Positions 1-12,917 are shown, numbered from the stretch's first letter. The stretch: 64,000 bases of DNA from Octopus vulgaris (GCA_951406725.2 OX597827.1:80600001-80664000), one strand, 5' to 3'. Notes: a model not told the origin generated them from the letters alone. Translations and numbers: made by a program.

Positions 1-1614
1 ATAAATACTGAAGCGGTTATATTCTAATGGTTCCTACAAAATATTTAATATCTGAAACCTGATTCCATGTTTATTCAACCCAATTGCTTTTCCAGTTTCT
101 GGAAGCTTCCCAGTGACTTTCCAATAAATATTACATTTTTTGCACATTGCTGTCCCTAGTCTCTTGTTGTTCGTTTACTTTACTTCCCAGAAAAAATTAA
201 GAATTTGTAAATAGAAAGAGTCTCTACTGAATTTGAAATCAATCAATAATTGTGTACATCAGGATAGGCAGTTCTCTAAAACTTATCACCAGCCATTGTA
301 TATTTTAAACAAACTACTTTCCAACCATCATTCTATTAATGAGTGAGTTAATTTGAAGACTGAAAAGTTTGTCAAAAACAGAGGCTAAAATTTAACCATC
401 TAAGTAGAAATTCAGGACAAGCAAAAAATTTGACGACTAGATATTAATTGTTGCAGTTTAAGTAATTTATATAAAAACACATACGAAAATACAATATTGT
501 GAAACTGTGACATGATAATGAAAATGATGATGATGATGAATTTTTTTTATTTTTATTTTAAACCTAATTAATATCTAAAATACTCATCAACTTAAATTTT
601 TGTAAAATTAACAAAATCTAACAAAAGTTTGTAATTAAATATTGGAAAGATTAGCATAAAATACAATAAAAAATTTTGACAGTTTTATAAATAAATTATG
701 AAAGGAAGTCGGAAGACATGTTGAAAAACAGATTAATGTATAATTAAATCTTCCAAGTATGCTTTGTAAGCTAACAAATAACATATATATATATGAATTG
801 TATTGTTTATATTCTGTCAACTTCAGACAGAACTCACTTCTCTTTTTATTGTCTCATATAAGCTGCCACCATATCTCTTCACCCAATAACAGCCACAAAT
901 CCTAATATGGCTGCCATTATTCCAATCAAAGTCTTTAACACACTGTCAGCTCATTACACAGATAATAATCTGCACAGTAAGAGCAGACTGGGACACACTG
1001 CAGCACACTGCTTATACACAGCAATTCCCTAAACTTCTAAAATATACCATTTACCACATAGATAGAAAAGTAAAACTTCCTTATATCATCACAAAACTAC
1101 AAATGAGGTTGCCTCTGCATAATCACTGAACCAGCTAGAAACAATAGTCAGATCCTCTCAAATCTGTCTTAAAATAGAAAGGAAGAGATAGACATTAGAC
1201 CCTTAGATACACAGAAAGATTGGAGGATCGAGCTAGAATGTCTTTGATTATAAACTTTGTTCAACCAGGTCTGGCGTAACTTTAAAGAACAACAACCAAT
1301 AACATTATACACTAATCTCTACTCTTAATAACCAATATATGTAACAAATATTATACGCATATTGATAATGTTGCTTTAGTACAATAGAATATTAAAAATT
1401 TTGGCTGACAACATCTAATCAAGTCTAAAACAATAAAAGTATATATATATATATATATATATAATATGAAGAAAATTACTATAGAAAACATGTCATATAT
1501 TGTTCAATGTCTTTGTTCTCTTGTTAATATTGAATATATAAGAACAAATCTAACAGATTCAATGAGACTTATTGCATCAAATGAGATTATAAAAGAGACT
1601 AAATAGAGACTTAC

Positions 1615-1850
1615 CTTTTTAATAATTATATCATTGGTTATTCAGTGAGAAAGAGAAAGCTGTATTGTTGTAGAAAGATCCATTGTAAGTGCTGCTGTAA
1701 TGGTGTGACAATGGCTGTTATGGTGATGGAGTAGTGTAGCACGTCAGGCAGAGAGTCTGCTGCTAGGAGAGGGTTGCATGTGTCACTGAAGTTGTATGTT
1801 TTGTGGGAGTACATCCACCTAATGATACTTTGTGTATGTATTTATCCTTA
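1615..1850 (-). other. Non-coding leader exon (copy 0) of a protocadherin gene lying left of the window
   Basis: About 200-nt core near-identical to 5 other copies; ends in AAAAAG|GTAAGT donor (1609-1614 intronic); 5' end approximate. Confidence 0.75.
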
Positions 1851-2000
1851 AAGATGTTTACTATTTACAAATATATGGATATATATCTAAATAGCTACAA
1901 TATTGTGTAGTTAAACACGACAAAATTATTTGGCTTAATAACATGAGTAATGTAAATGCTGTTCTTAGTAAGTGATTTCTTTCTAGGTTTTACTGAGGAT

Positions 2001-2035
2001 CTGATTGGTTGAATGACCTAAACAGAAGGACCAAT
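2001..2035 (-). promoter_or_regulatory. Inverted CCAAT-box pair (NF-Y-like) upstream of leader copy 0
   Basis: CTGATTGGTT...CCAAT; minus strand reads AACCAATCAG; same position in all six units. Confidence 0.65.
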
Positions 2036-2237
2036 GAAGATATTCTCTTTAATATTGATTTCTCTTGGCATAACACACGGGACTTTTATAAAGAAGAAAG
2101 TGAGATTGTATGATGTTCATCCTTACTAGCATTAATAATTACTTTTATATAGAACTATATTACTCTTAGAATTCAATGTTAAAATTCTCATTATATTTAT
2201 ATTTATTTATGCTTCAATAAGAATGTTTATATATTCT

Positions 2238-2518
2238 TTTCTACCTTAGGCACAATGCCCGAAATTTTTTGGGAGGGGGCCAGTCAATTAGATCGACTCC
2301 AGTATGCAACTGGTACTAATTTATCGACCCCCAAAAGGATAAAAGGCAGAGTCGACCTTGGCAGAATTTGAACTCATTTGAATTTGATACTTATTTTATC
2401 AATCCTGAAAGGATGAAAGGCAAAGTCAACCTCGGTGGAATTTGAAATCAGAACATGAGACGAAATACTGTTAAGCATTTTGCCTGGTGTGCTAACAATT
2501 CTGCCAGTTCACCACCTT
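2238..2518 (-). mobile_element. tRNA-derived SINE (family A)
   Basis: Minus strand has A-box-like TGGCAGAATTG and B-box-like TTCAAATTCC, then a body recurring at ~2743, 7043, 11870, 12215, 33680, 43810. Confidence 0.7.
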
Positions 2519-2742
2519 AAAATAATAATAATATTAATAATAATAATAATTTTTTTCTGATTTAGGCAGAAGGCAAACAATTTTAATGGAAGCAAGGAAG
2601 TCAGTCAATACCATTAACCCCAGCACTTGATTAGTACTTTATTTTATCGACAACGAAAACTTGAAGCAATGTTTTCTGAAGTCCTAATGATTCTGCTGTC
2701 CATCAGACAAAATGTATGGTATTATATTTATGCCACTTTATA

Positions 2743-2885
2743 CTCAGAGTTCAAAACTGGCTGAGGACAATTCTGGCTTTTATCCTCCTGGGGCTGATAA
2801 AATAAAGTCTCAGCAAAGTATTGGAGATGATATATTTTATCAAATTTACCTCTCCAAAGTTTTGGCTTTGGGCCTTCCTAGAAAC
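2743..2885 (+). mobile_element. Degenerate SINE family A fragment
   Basis: CAGAGTTCAAAA...CTTTTATCCT...GATAAAATAAAGT similar to the 2238-2518 element. Confidence 0.5.
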
Positions 2886-3345
2886 AAGTATTATTATCTT
2901 TATCATTAACCCCAAAAGAATGAGACAGTGAAGTATTAAGATAACTTTCAAATGGAATATCTCACTGAAACACCATTTAAGTAAGGAGATCAATTAAATT
3001 CACTATATTTAATTTCTAGGAATTGCAGCTGTGCCTATATTTAAATTGATGATTTGTATTATTTAGTCAAAACTAAAAAGAATAGATTATAGCGCTTAAT
3101 TAAACTAAAGTAGTCTATAAAATATGATTATAGTACAAAAACTGATATGGACTGAAAGGAAGCTATTTACTTACAGAACTCTAGACATCATAATCAAGTC
3201 ATTGCCCATTTATTGAGAACCCTGTTTTTACATAGACATACACAGCTGTATATTACAGAATATAAACAATGTATATATGAGACGTTTTATGTACAGATAT
3301 TATATATACATCAGGAAAGGTAGTTATGTCACTTCAATAGTAAAA

Positions 3346-3419
3346 TTAGACATGTTTCACTGGTGTTTCCTCGCTAGAATCTCTTATTGATGTATCTTTG
3401 TTTTTATATATATTTTGAT
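3346..3419 (-). CDS. Pcdh: G1 terminal coding exon (DQNIYKNKDTSIRDSSEETPVKHV*)
   Basis: TGCAG acceptor, phase-1 join to the previous exon, in-frame 3-nt deletion relative to paralogs, TAA at 3346-3348. Confidence 0.8.
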
Positions 3420-3543
3420 CTGCAATTTAGATATAAAATAGATATTAACATACATACATAAATATATAAAAATAATATGAGGGAATATTATTCCAAACTA
3501 TTCTTTCATTATTGAATTGATAAAAGGTGGTTTCTTTGTAATT

Positions 3544-3595
<52 letters not shown>

Positions 3596-3716
3596 AAGGC
3601 AAAATCAGAAAAAGTTGATAAAAATTTACATGACAATAAAAATTATATCTACAAGATCTTATGCAATATGTACATTCCAGATGAAAATGTAGAATACAAC
3701 CAATGCAGCTATTAAC

Positions 3717-3870
3717 CTGAAACTCCTGGTATTTCTTCATAATGTTTCAGGTCTCCTTGTCTACCACTTCTCTTGGATGACATTGTATCTGATGTATAGT
3801 TACAAACCATAGTAGCATTATCTTCCACAGCATCATCACCTGATGTCACCACAACAGGTTGACAGTATTT
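3717..3870 (-). CDS. Pcdh: G1 cytoplasmic exon (KYCQP...HYEEIPGVS)
   Basis: CAACAG acceptor, G|GTTAAT donor, 154 nt, conserved in all copies. Confidence 0.85.
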
Positions 3871-4041
3871 CTGTTGACAAACAAACGAAAAGAAATGTGA
3901 GAAGACACCAAACAATGGAAGTTACAATCAACATGGAAAGAGAACAATTTAATATTGGAATGTATTATTGAAGTTAAAACATATTCAAAGAGATTTCATT
4001 GTTCAATTTTACAGAGAGAAAAATGTAATGTTTCCACTTAC

Positions 4042-6417
4042 TGGGGTAGGTTTTGGTAAAGTTCTCGACTGAACTGAAGATTCATATTTGTTCTGTAGCT
4101 GACCTTCTGCATAACATTCACTCTCTTGGATCTCTCAGAATAGATATTCCGCTTCACCATCTCTTCTGCATTCCTCGACATAGCAACAGAAGTGTTAGTC
4201 TGGTACAACAATTGTTTCATCTCTGCTCTACCTTGGTAGGCTGTATTCTTTGTGGCAGCAGCTGTGTTATCTCTGTGTTTAATACATTTCATAATACACA
4301 GCGTTATAGAAACAACAATAGCCACTGATATTATTACTGCTGATGATACAATGATAATAACCCATGTCATATGGACCCGGCCTGAAGATTGTAAAGGTCC
4401 ACTCTTCGACATTGGTGATGTCTCGTTACTAACAGCCAATACCAAAGTGACACTAGTTGTTGACGACTGAACTGGACTACCACTGTCCTTCACAACAAAC
4501 ACCAGCTCATAATTTCCAGCATCATTTAGATAAACTTGTCTGGAGAAGGATAAAGCACCACTGTGTGAGTTCATACTAAACAACTGTTTATCATTTCCTT
4601 GTATGATTGCATATCTGAGGAAAGCATTGTTTCCACTGTCCCCATCAGACGCTCTCAAAACTGTGATGTCACTCTTACTTCTGCGGATGGTACTGCACAT
4701 TTAGCGTGTAAGGGTCACTACTAGGATATGTAAAATACGGAGCATTGTCATTTTGATCTAGAATCTCAACAACAACATTCGCTGTGTCATTCAGAGATGG
4801 GCTTCCATTATCTTTGACAAAAACCTCAAACTTATACACATCTTGTTTCTCTCTGTCCAATGACATGGTCGCTGAAATGAAGCCATAACTGGTGATGAGA
4901 AATGGGAGATTGGATTTTTCTTTACGCAGCAGAGAATATGTGAGTTGTCCAGCAGATCCAAGATCAGGGTCAGTGGCATTGACAAAACCAATAGGGAAGT
5001 CTTTATCTTTGTTTTCGTAGGTGAGGAATTGGAATGTATCTTTGGTAAACTGTGGTTGTACATCGTTGATGTCAGTCACTTGGATAGAGAGGCTTTTAAC
5101 ACTTTTGAGAGGAGGTAATCCTTTATCTTGACAGGAGACAGGAATGTTATAGTGTCCTTGTGTTTCTCTGTCCACTGGTTTGTTTAGAATGATTTTATAT
5201 TCTTTAGATCCCATTGACTGTAGTTTGAATGTATCATGTTTGATATCACAGCTGACCTCTCCATTTTGTCCCACATCATTGTCAGTGACCATCACATAAG
5301 CAAGGAAACTACCAACTTTGATGTTTTCAGAAATGGTACCTGTGTTGTCACTGATTGCATTAACATAATCAATATCAATAGATGGAGGATTGTTGTGTTG
5401 GTTGATGACATTTACCAAAACGGTTGCAATAGAACTGATTGGGGGATTGCCTCCATCTCTGGCTTCTATAAATAATTCAAAAGTATTTTTTTCATTTAAA
5501 CTAGAAATTCTAGATAAAAATATTTTTCCAGTTTTTTCATCCAATTCGAAATATTTCTTTGCCAAATCAGAAGTTTTGGGGCTGAAATGGAAAGTAATTT
5601 TACTGTTGGATCCAATATCTTTGTCTGTCACTGACAAAGTAAGAATTGGCTTTGTCTTGTCGTGTGTGGTTCTAATTGAAATATTATAAAGGGGTTTTGA
5701 AAATACAGGTGGATTATCATTCTCATCTTCAACAACAATCTCAACATTTAACACACTCTGTTTAGATGGAGAACCTCCATCTTTAGCAATAACTTCTAAA
5801 TTGTATTTTTCTTTTAACTCTCTGTCTAATTTTTCTTTTAAAACAATATTTAACGAGGAAATACCATCAGCTCTTTTAGAAACTGACAAAGAAAATGAGT
5901 CATCAGATTTTTTAAGTTTATATTCAATGAAAGAATTTTGATAACTAACATCTTTGTCTATGGCATTTGGGATTGACTTTTTCATTCCTCTCCCATCACC
6001 TTCCCCAAAATGTAGTGTGATTTGTTTTTTAGGAAACTCTGGTTCGTGGTCATTAATATCTTCTATTACTATTTTGACTTTTAATATTTTTGTGAATGTT
6101 GCCACTTTCTTTATAATAATTTTTATAGTTCTGGAACATTCTTTGTTGAATGTGCAGAGATCTTCTGCATCCAGTGTCTGAGCAGTGTACAGTTTACCTG
6201 TTTTGGTGATGTTAAATAACTGTGCCACCTTTCGTTTGAATTGACTGAATGTTATCAAATGTTGGTCAGATGGTTTAACATTGTCTAAAAGTTTAGAATC
6301 GGCAGCAATGTCTGCTACATATGTTCCTGGACTTCTCTCTTCTTCCACATGGTAGGTAAGGTCTATGGTCAGGACACAGTGGACCAGTGACAATACAATA
6401 GACAATGATAGTAACAT
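4042..6417 (-). CDS. Pcdh: Protocadherin G1 main exon (signal peptide, EC1-6, TM); frameshifts near 4680 (+1) and 4120 (+2)
   Basis: DINDHEP/DENDNPP/DRE/DxD cadherin motifs, EC1 C-x5-C, TM WVIIIVSSAV; CCA|GTAAGT donor; acceptor upstream of 6461. Confidence 0.9.
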
Positions 6418-7529
6418 TTTGTCGCTGTGGTAAAAGAAATCAGATGTTTTGAGGATTGAACCTAAAATTAGAACACATTTACTTGATTAGATATTCTTAT
6501 AAATTAACCACAGTTTAAAATATGGAATTATTATTTTACATATGAAGATTCAAGTACAAATTAATAATTTTCTAGTCAATGTTTCTACAAAACCGTAAAA
6601 CAAAAACCACTACATACCCCATCACAATTTGAATAACCAAAGGTAGGATTTGAGCATTTCTATAGCAGAGATAATAGGACTAATAAATCCATCACAATGT
6701 AGTCCAATATGATCTAATTTTTGCAGTGAGTTGTAATCTATAATAGTCCACAATATCTAAAGTTTAGTAACTTCTGTTTATTGTTAGCTTTATGCCTCTG
6801 ACTGAATGATCCACTTCTATTTTTTAAACATCATTGTCAAAATATTCTGTCAGATTGTTTGCATCCCTCTGTTGTACCATGAATATAATATCAAACTGTT
6901 ACCTACTTTCTTCATAATCACCATAAGCATTGAAGTAGTCATAATCCAAAGATTCCTACAAATATTATTTCCTGATTATATTTACCTTCAGCTTCAAGGC
7001 AGGCTGAACAAAATTCTTAGTGGTATTTCTTCTGGTTTTAAATTCTGAGTTCAAATGCCACCAAAGTCAACTTTACCTTTCGTCCTTTCAGGTCAATCAC
7101 ATAAGTACCCCTTCCTCCAGAATTTCAGCCTTTGTGACCGTAGTTGAAAGGCTGTCTACATTCAGCTTCCTGGCTCTTACACTCCAGAAGTCTCTCGCTA
7201 TACACATTACATTCTCTCCATACTGGAGATCTTTCTATCGTTCGTATTGATTTGCTTTGCTTTTAGATTCGTTTTTAAAGGAGAAATAGAAATCAGGAAG
7301 CAGAAAGAGTTTTTGCTTACTTTCATGTCCATAGTTGTTGTTTAGGTTTTCCTCCAAGATCCACTGTCAACTATGTAGACTACTGAGTAAAAATGCTCTT
7401 CAACCCTCACTCTTATTATCAATCATATATTTGAGAGTAGAACTAATTTCTTGTCGGGTTTAACATACCATCTGCCACTCAGGTACCACTAGCAAAGTCA
7501 CCTCTGTGCAAGCATTGAAGCCAAGACTA

Positions 7530-7800
7530 CTAAAGGATAACTGACTCACTTTACATTAATTTACATTTGATGGATATTTATCCTCATCTTGTTTGCTGTT
7601 AACACAACGTTTTGGCTGATATACCCTCCAGCCTTCATCAGGTGTGTTGGGGAAATTTCAAACCTGGGTTCTCATTCCTAAGGTAATTTTTGATACTATT
7701 ATTATTATTATTACAATTATTATTCAGGTCACTACCTGGAATCGAACTCGGAATCTTGGGGTTAGTAGCCCGCACTCTTAACCACTATGCCTATGCCTGT
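7530..7800 (-). mobile_element. tRNA-headed SINE (family B) with hammerhead-like 3' part
   Basis: Head GGCATAGTGGTTAAGAG...GAGTTCGATTCC; second copy at 42172-42430. Confidence 0.7.
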
Positions 7801-8065
7801 GGGCAATTATAGAGTGAATTTTGGAGCTTATAAATTTAATATTTTCCTATCCTTCCTTAATAACAGTTCCCATATGTATTAAGTCACATTAGTTACAGAA
7901 ACTCTGAAAGTCAATAAATGAGGACAAAAAACTACATTGAATCAAAGATTAATGCCTCCCCAGGGGATTGATGTCTCCCGGGGGAAGGGGGGCATGTCCC
8001 CCACCTCAAGAAAATAATGTTATTATGCTTTTAATCAAACTTCTTTTGATTATTCAGACTTCTCT

Positions 8066-8258
8066 CGTGCTAGTGCCATGTAAAAAAGCACCCAGTCCAC
8101 ACTCTGTAAAGTGGTTGGTGTTAGGAAGGACATCCAGCCACAGATACCATGCCAAAACAGACAATAGAACCTGATGTGGTCCCAGGCCTTGCCAGCTCCT
8201 GTCAAACCGTCCAACCCATACCAACACAGAAAACATATGTAGATGATGATGATGATGG
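8066..8258 (+). mobile_element. (GAT)n-tailed RTE-related repeat, truncated copy
   Basis: AAAAAGCACCC...TTAGGAAGGACATCCAGC...CCAACCCAT...GATGATGAT; about a dozen copies in the window. Confidence 0.75.
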
Positions 8259-10999
8259 TGGTTCTCTATTAAGTCCATTCATCACAGACCTTTAACAATA
8301 CTTCTCAGGTATAAAGACAATTCTCAAAAAATATCTTAAGACCATGTTCTTAAAAGCTAATTCTAATATGATCAGAAGAGTTTGGGGTTTCTCTATAAAC
8401 ATATTTATTTATGAAAAATTTAAATCACGCCAGTTGCTTCTTCAAACAATAATAATAATGTGATTGTTGTAGACAGTGTTCAGGTGCACTTTTCTCATGA
8501 GTAATGATGCTTGAAAATGCCAGTTATTCATGGTCAAATCACTAGCACTCAGTCTAAATTAGAGTCACCATGTTCATTTTCCATGCTGGGATAGGTTGGA
8601 CGATTCAATAGGAACCAAGAAACCAGAGGACTGCATTGAGCCCCAATTTTGGCTTTGGCATGGGTTTCTGTAGCTGAATGCTCTTCCTAATACTAACCAC
8701 TTTGCAAAGTGTACTGAGTGCTTTTTCAGACCATTTAACAATTATAACAAAATCTAATGTTTTCAGAAAAGATCATTGAGAGATAAAAGGTAGAACTAAC
8801 CAAGATCAAGTGTGAGCTAACATATCTAGTGCAGTAAACCACAAAGAATTTGATTTAAATTGAAATCAAACCTGAAATAAAATGTGAGTCTTTAGCACTG
8901 ATGAAAATTTTATTTTTCAAGAAAGGCTAAGGAGCAACTCTGAACTCTAAACTGATTAAAACTAACATGGAAACATGCAATGGGGAGTTAGATACAGCAA
9001 CTATTCTGGATGTGTTTTGGTCTAATTAAAACCACCTCAACAAAGTAGTCAAACACACACCACATAATAGAATGACTTTGAGAAATTAAAATTATTTGTG
9101 AATGCTATTCACTAATCATTTGTAATTTAAACTGATGTTAGTGGAACATTTCCCAACAGTGCTTATGCATCAAGAGCATACAGTTACGTTTGGGCTAATA
9201 TACAGAGTAATCCCAAAACAACTTTTAACAATTTGAAATAAAATTCATAATGAATAGGTAAGTCATCATCATTTGTCAGCAACCTTACAAAAATGTCTTA
9301 CAAAAAAAAAAAAAGACTCATTCACAATAGCAGGTCTCTATTCAAATTGCAACCAATTTATATTTCCAAGTTTTTCCCTTGCATTCCTTGAAAAAAAAAA
9401 AGGAAATTATCATTTACTTGACTTTCCTTTTCTTCAGTCAAGTTTAAGTCAAACAGATTAAGAATTCTTTCTGGTTCACTCAACGAAGTATGTTAGCTTA
9501 TAATTAATTTCACATTTTACATGTAGAGAACAGCCTTGAGAGATTTTCTGCTCCAGGTAATTTAAGACATTTTTGCAACAGACGTTTTAAAGATAAATAT
9601 TTGTAACATTCAACGTGAGAAGTACAAAAGTTAATCAATGATAAAAGACTCTCCGATTAGAAGACTGACAAGAGAATGAGTGACAAGGATTGGTTAATAA
9701 GAAGACTGAAAAGATTGGGAAAAACAAAGACTAAAGTGTAACAATCTTAACTGAAATTCAGAGAAACCACAAAATTTGAAGACTAGATATGATTAAGAGT
9801 AGCAATTTATGTAATTCATACCAAAATAAATAAGGACATACAACATTACGAAACACATCTGACAATGAAAGGATATTGACAACGCTTGTGAATGGTTTTT
9901 AATTTGAATTTTAAACCTGATTAATATCTAAAATACTCATCAACTTAAATTTCTGCAAAAGATTAGCTTTAAAAATTAACAAAATCTAACAAAAGTTTGT
10001 AATTAAATATTGGAAAGATTAGCATAAAATACAATAAAAATTTTTGACAGTTTTATAAATAAATTATGAAAGGAAGTTGGAAGACATGTTGAAAAACAGA
10101 TTAATGTATAATTAAATCTTCCAAGTATGCTTTGTAAGCTAACAAATAACATATATATATATGAATTGTATTGTTTATATTCTGTCAACTTCAGACAGAA
10201 CTCCCTTCTCTTTTTATTGTCTCATATAAGCCTCCACCATATCTCTTCACCCAATAACAGCCACAAATCCTAATATGGCTGCCATTATTCCAACCAAAGT
10301 CTTTAACACACTGTCAGCTCATTACAGATAATAATCTGCACAGTAAGAGCAGACTGGGACACACTGCACCACACTGCTTATACACAGCAATTCCCTAAAC
10401 TTCTCAAATATACTATTACTATGTAGGTACAATATTACACCCTTCTTACACTAACACAAACATATATTGCAGTACTACAATTGAGGGTACTTCTGCATAA
10501 TCAACTGACTTGCTAGAAATGCCAGCCAGACTCTCTCAACTTGCACCTTACAGTCTTAAAATGGAAACAGAAAACATGTAGATTACAGTCCTAGATATAC
10601 TCAATGGTAGAATGACCAAACCTGAAATATCTTTAATTATAGCTCAGCTAAATCAGTTTAACCTAAGATTTAACAACAACGTTATAAACTGCTATCTCTT
10701 GTTACTAATTAATATATTTAGCAAGTATTACGCATGCATAAATAATATTGTTTTCAATAGAATAAACTATTAAACATTTTAATCAATTACATCTACATGT
10801 TAAACAAGATGAACAAGATTAATGTAAAATATGAGTGTATTATTGTTCAATCTCTTTGTTCTCTTGTTAATAATAAATATGTTACAATAATATCTGAAAC
10901 ATTATTCAATGAGATTTATTATATCAAATGAGATTGTTTCAAGTTCAGTGAGGTATTATAAATTAAAATGAGATAGTGAAAGATTAAATAGAAACTTAC

Positions 11000-11240
11000 C
11001 TTTTTAATAATTATATCATTGGTTATTCAGTGAGAAAGAGAAAGATGTATTGTTGTAGAAAGATCCATTGTAAGTGCTGCTGTAATGGTGTGACAATGGC
11101 TGTTATGGTGATGGAGTAGTGTAGCACGTCAGGCAGAGAGTCTGCTGCTAGGAGAGGGTTGCATGTGTCACTGAAGTTGTATGTTTTGTGGGAGTACGTC
11201 CATCTGATAATATTCTGTGTATGTATTTATCCTCAAAGAT
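11000..11240 (-). other. Non-coding leader exon of G1
   Basis: Conserved block; donor GTAAGT 10994-10999; matching TTTTAG|G acceptor at 6461, 44 nt before the ATG. Confidence 0.75.
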
Positions 11241-11408
11241 GATGCTTGCTTACTGTTATCAATGACTATTTACATATATCTATCTATGTAGACACATATT
11301 TTAAAAGCAGTAATATTCAAGATTTATACATAATTGTTTGGTTTAAGAACATCAGTAATGTGAATGCATATCTTTGTTAGTGATTTCTTTCTGTATTTTA
11401 GTGAGAAT

Positions 11409-11442
11409 CTGATTGGCTGAATGACCTAAACAGAAGACCAAT
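11409..11442 (-). promoter_or_regulatory. CCAAT-box pair, putative G1 promoter
   Basis: CTGATTGGCT...ACCAAT, conserved position. Confidence 0.65.
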
Positions 11443-12840
11443 GACAATCTTCTCTTTTACATTGATTTTATTAGACAAATAGTTTAGATTTGTACATGGA
11501 AAAAAACTGTGTGATGTTCATTCTTTTTCATAAACTTTATTGGCCATTATAACTATCTTTATGTTGAATTACCTTGCTCCTAAATTCAATTCTAGTGTTC
11601 TCATGGAAATTTATATTTCAATGAGAATGTTTATATTTTGTCACAAGAATATATGACTTTATGATTTACCATTTCTGAAATACTGCTTACACTTAGAATT
11701 AAAGGTATAATGTAGCTATAATTACAAATACTTCTAAAAGTGTCATAATGTTAAACAAGATGGTTATCTCTAGATAACCACACATAATAAAACAAATATT
11801 ATAAATGATGATGATGATGATGATGATAATAATGATTTCTCATTTTCATACAGGCCATCAATTTTGAGAGGTATGGTTTTGTGAACACCATTGATGCGAA
11901 TGTTTGATCCTGAGAGGAACTGAATCCAGTATGTAAAGAGCCAGGGGATGCTAAAAATTGGGGTTTTTTTCCCCAATGCTCTAAAGATTCTGCCAGCTTG
12001 CCACCTTCCATAATAATGGTTTCTGATTTAGGTACAACAATTTTAAGAAGATGGAGATGATATCTGATATCATCAACCCCAGTAACTGGCTAGCATTGAT
12101 GGGATTTCACTTCAGAATGTAAAAAACTAAAAGGAAAATTGCAAGTCATTTTTCCCCATTACCTTAATTCCGCCATGCATCGGAATAAAAAGCTTTGCAT
12201 TATTCTTTATGGCTCATTCAGAGTTCAAAATCTGAAGAGGTCAATTCTGCCTTTCATCCTTCTGGGACTGATAAAATATAATACCAGCAGAATATTTGAG
12301 ATGATGTATTTGACCTAACTTGCCCTACCTGACTTTTGGCTTTGTGCTTTCTTAGAAATAATTATTATTATTTCATTGACTTCAATAGTAATGAAAGAGA
12401 ATGAAGTATTTAGGCAGCTTGCAACTAGAATATCTCACTAAAGTGACTATTTTTATGGTCTGCAAACAAAGTTTCAAGTTCATTAGGTTCACGATAATTA
12501 TCTTCAGAGAATTACAATCATATCTCAATATCTGGATTCATAAACTGCATAATTTAGTAAAAAAACAACAAAAAACAATAGTTTATAGAGCTTATTGTAA
12601 AACTTTTTGAAAAACAAATATACGATGATTATTGTACAGAAACTGATAGAGAGTGAAAGAAAGCTATTAATTCATAGAACTTAAACATTTAGTTATCTGA
12701 AGCATTGTTCATTACTTGACACCCTCGTCTTTACATCTATACTGCTATATTGTACAGAAAATATACAATGTGTATGTGAGATTGTGTATGTACAAATATT
12801 ATACATTCATACAATTAGCTGTGTTACTTCAGTAGTACAA

Positions 12841-12917
12841 TTAGACATGTTTCACTGGTGTTTCTTCACTGAAATCTTTTGATGTTGACGTATCATTGTT
12901 TTTATATATATTTTGAT
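12841..12917 (-). CDS. Pcdh: G2 terminal coding exon (DQNIYKNNDTSTSKDFSEETPVKHV*)
   Basis: TTCCAG acceptor, 77 nt, conserved frame and stop. Confidence 0.8.

Noticed and set aside
635-820. 61-aa ORF duplicated at 10003-10188
   Set aside because: Non-ATG start, no coding signature; lies in a duplicated intronic block.
7732-7797. tRNA gene
   Set aside because: Imperfect cloverleaf and attached to a repeated body, so it is a SINE head.
11135-11165. Possible CTCF/CSE site (CTGCTAGGAGAGGG) in the leader
   Set aside because: Weak match to the CTCF core; cannot be supported without a PWM scan or ChIP.
10940-11240. Spliced-leader RNA interpretation of the repeated leader
   Set aside because: Too long, no convincing Sm site, and one-to-one pairing with downstream acceptors fits cis-splicing.
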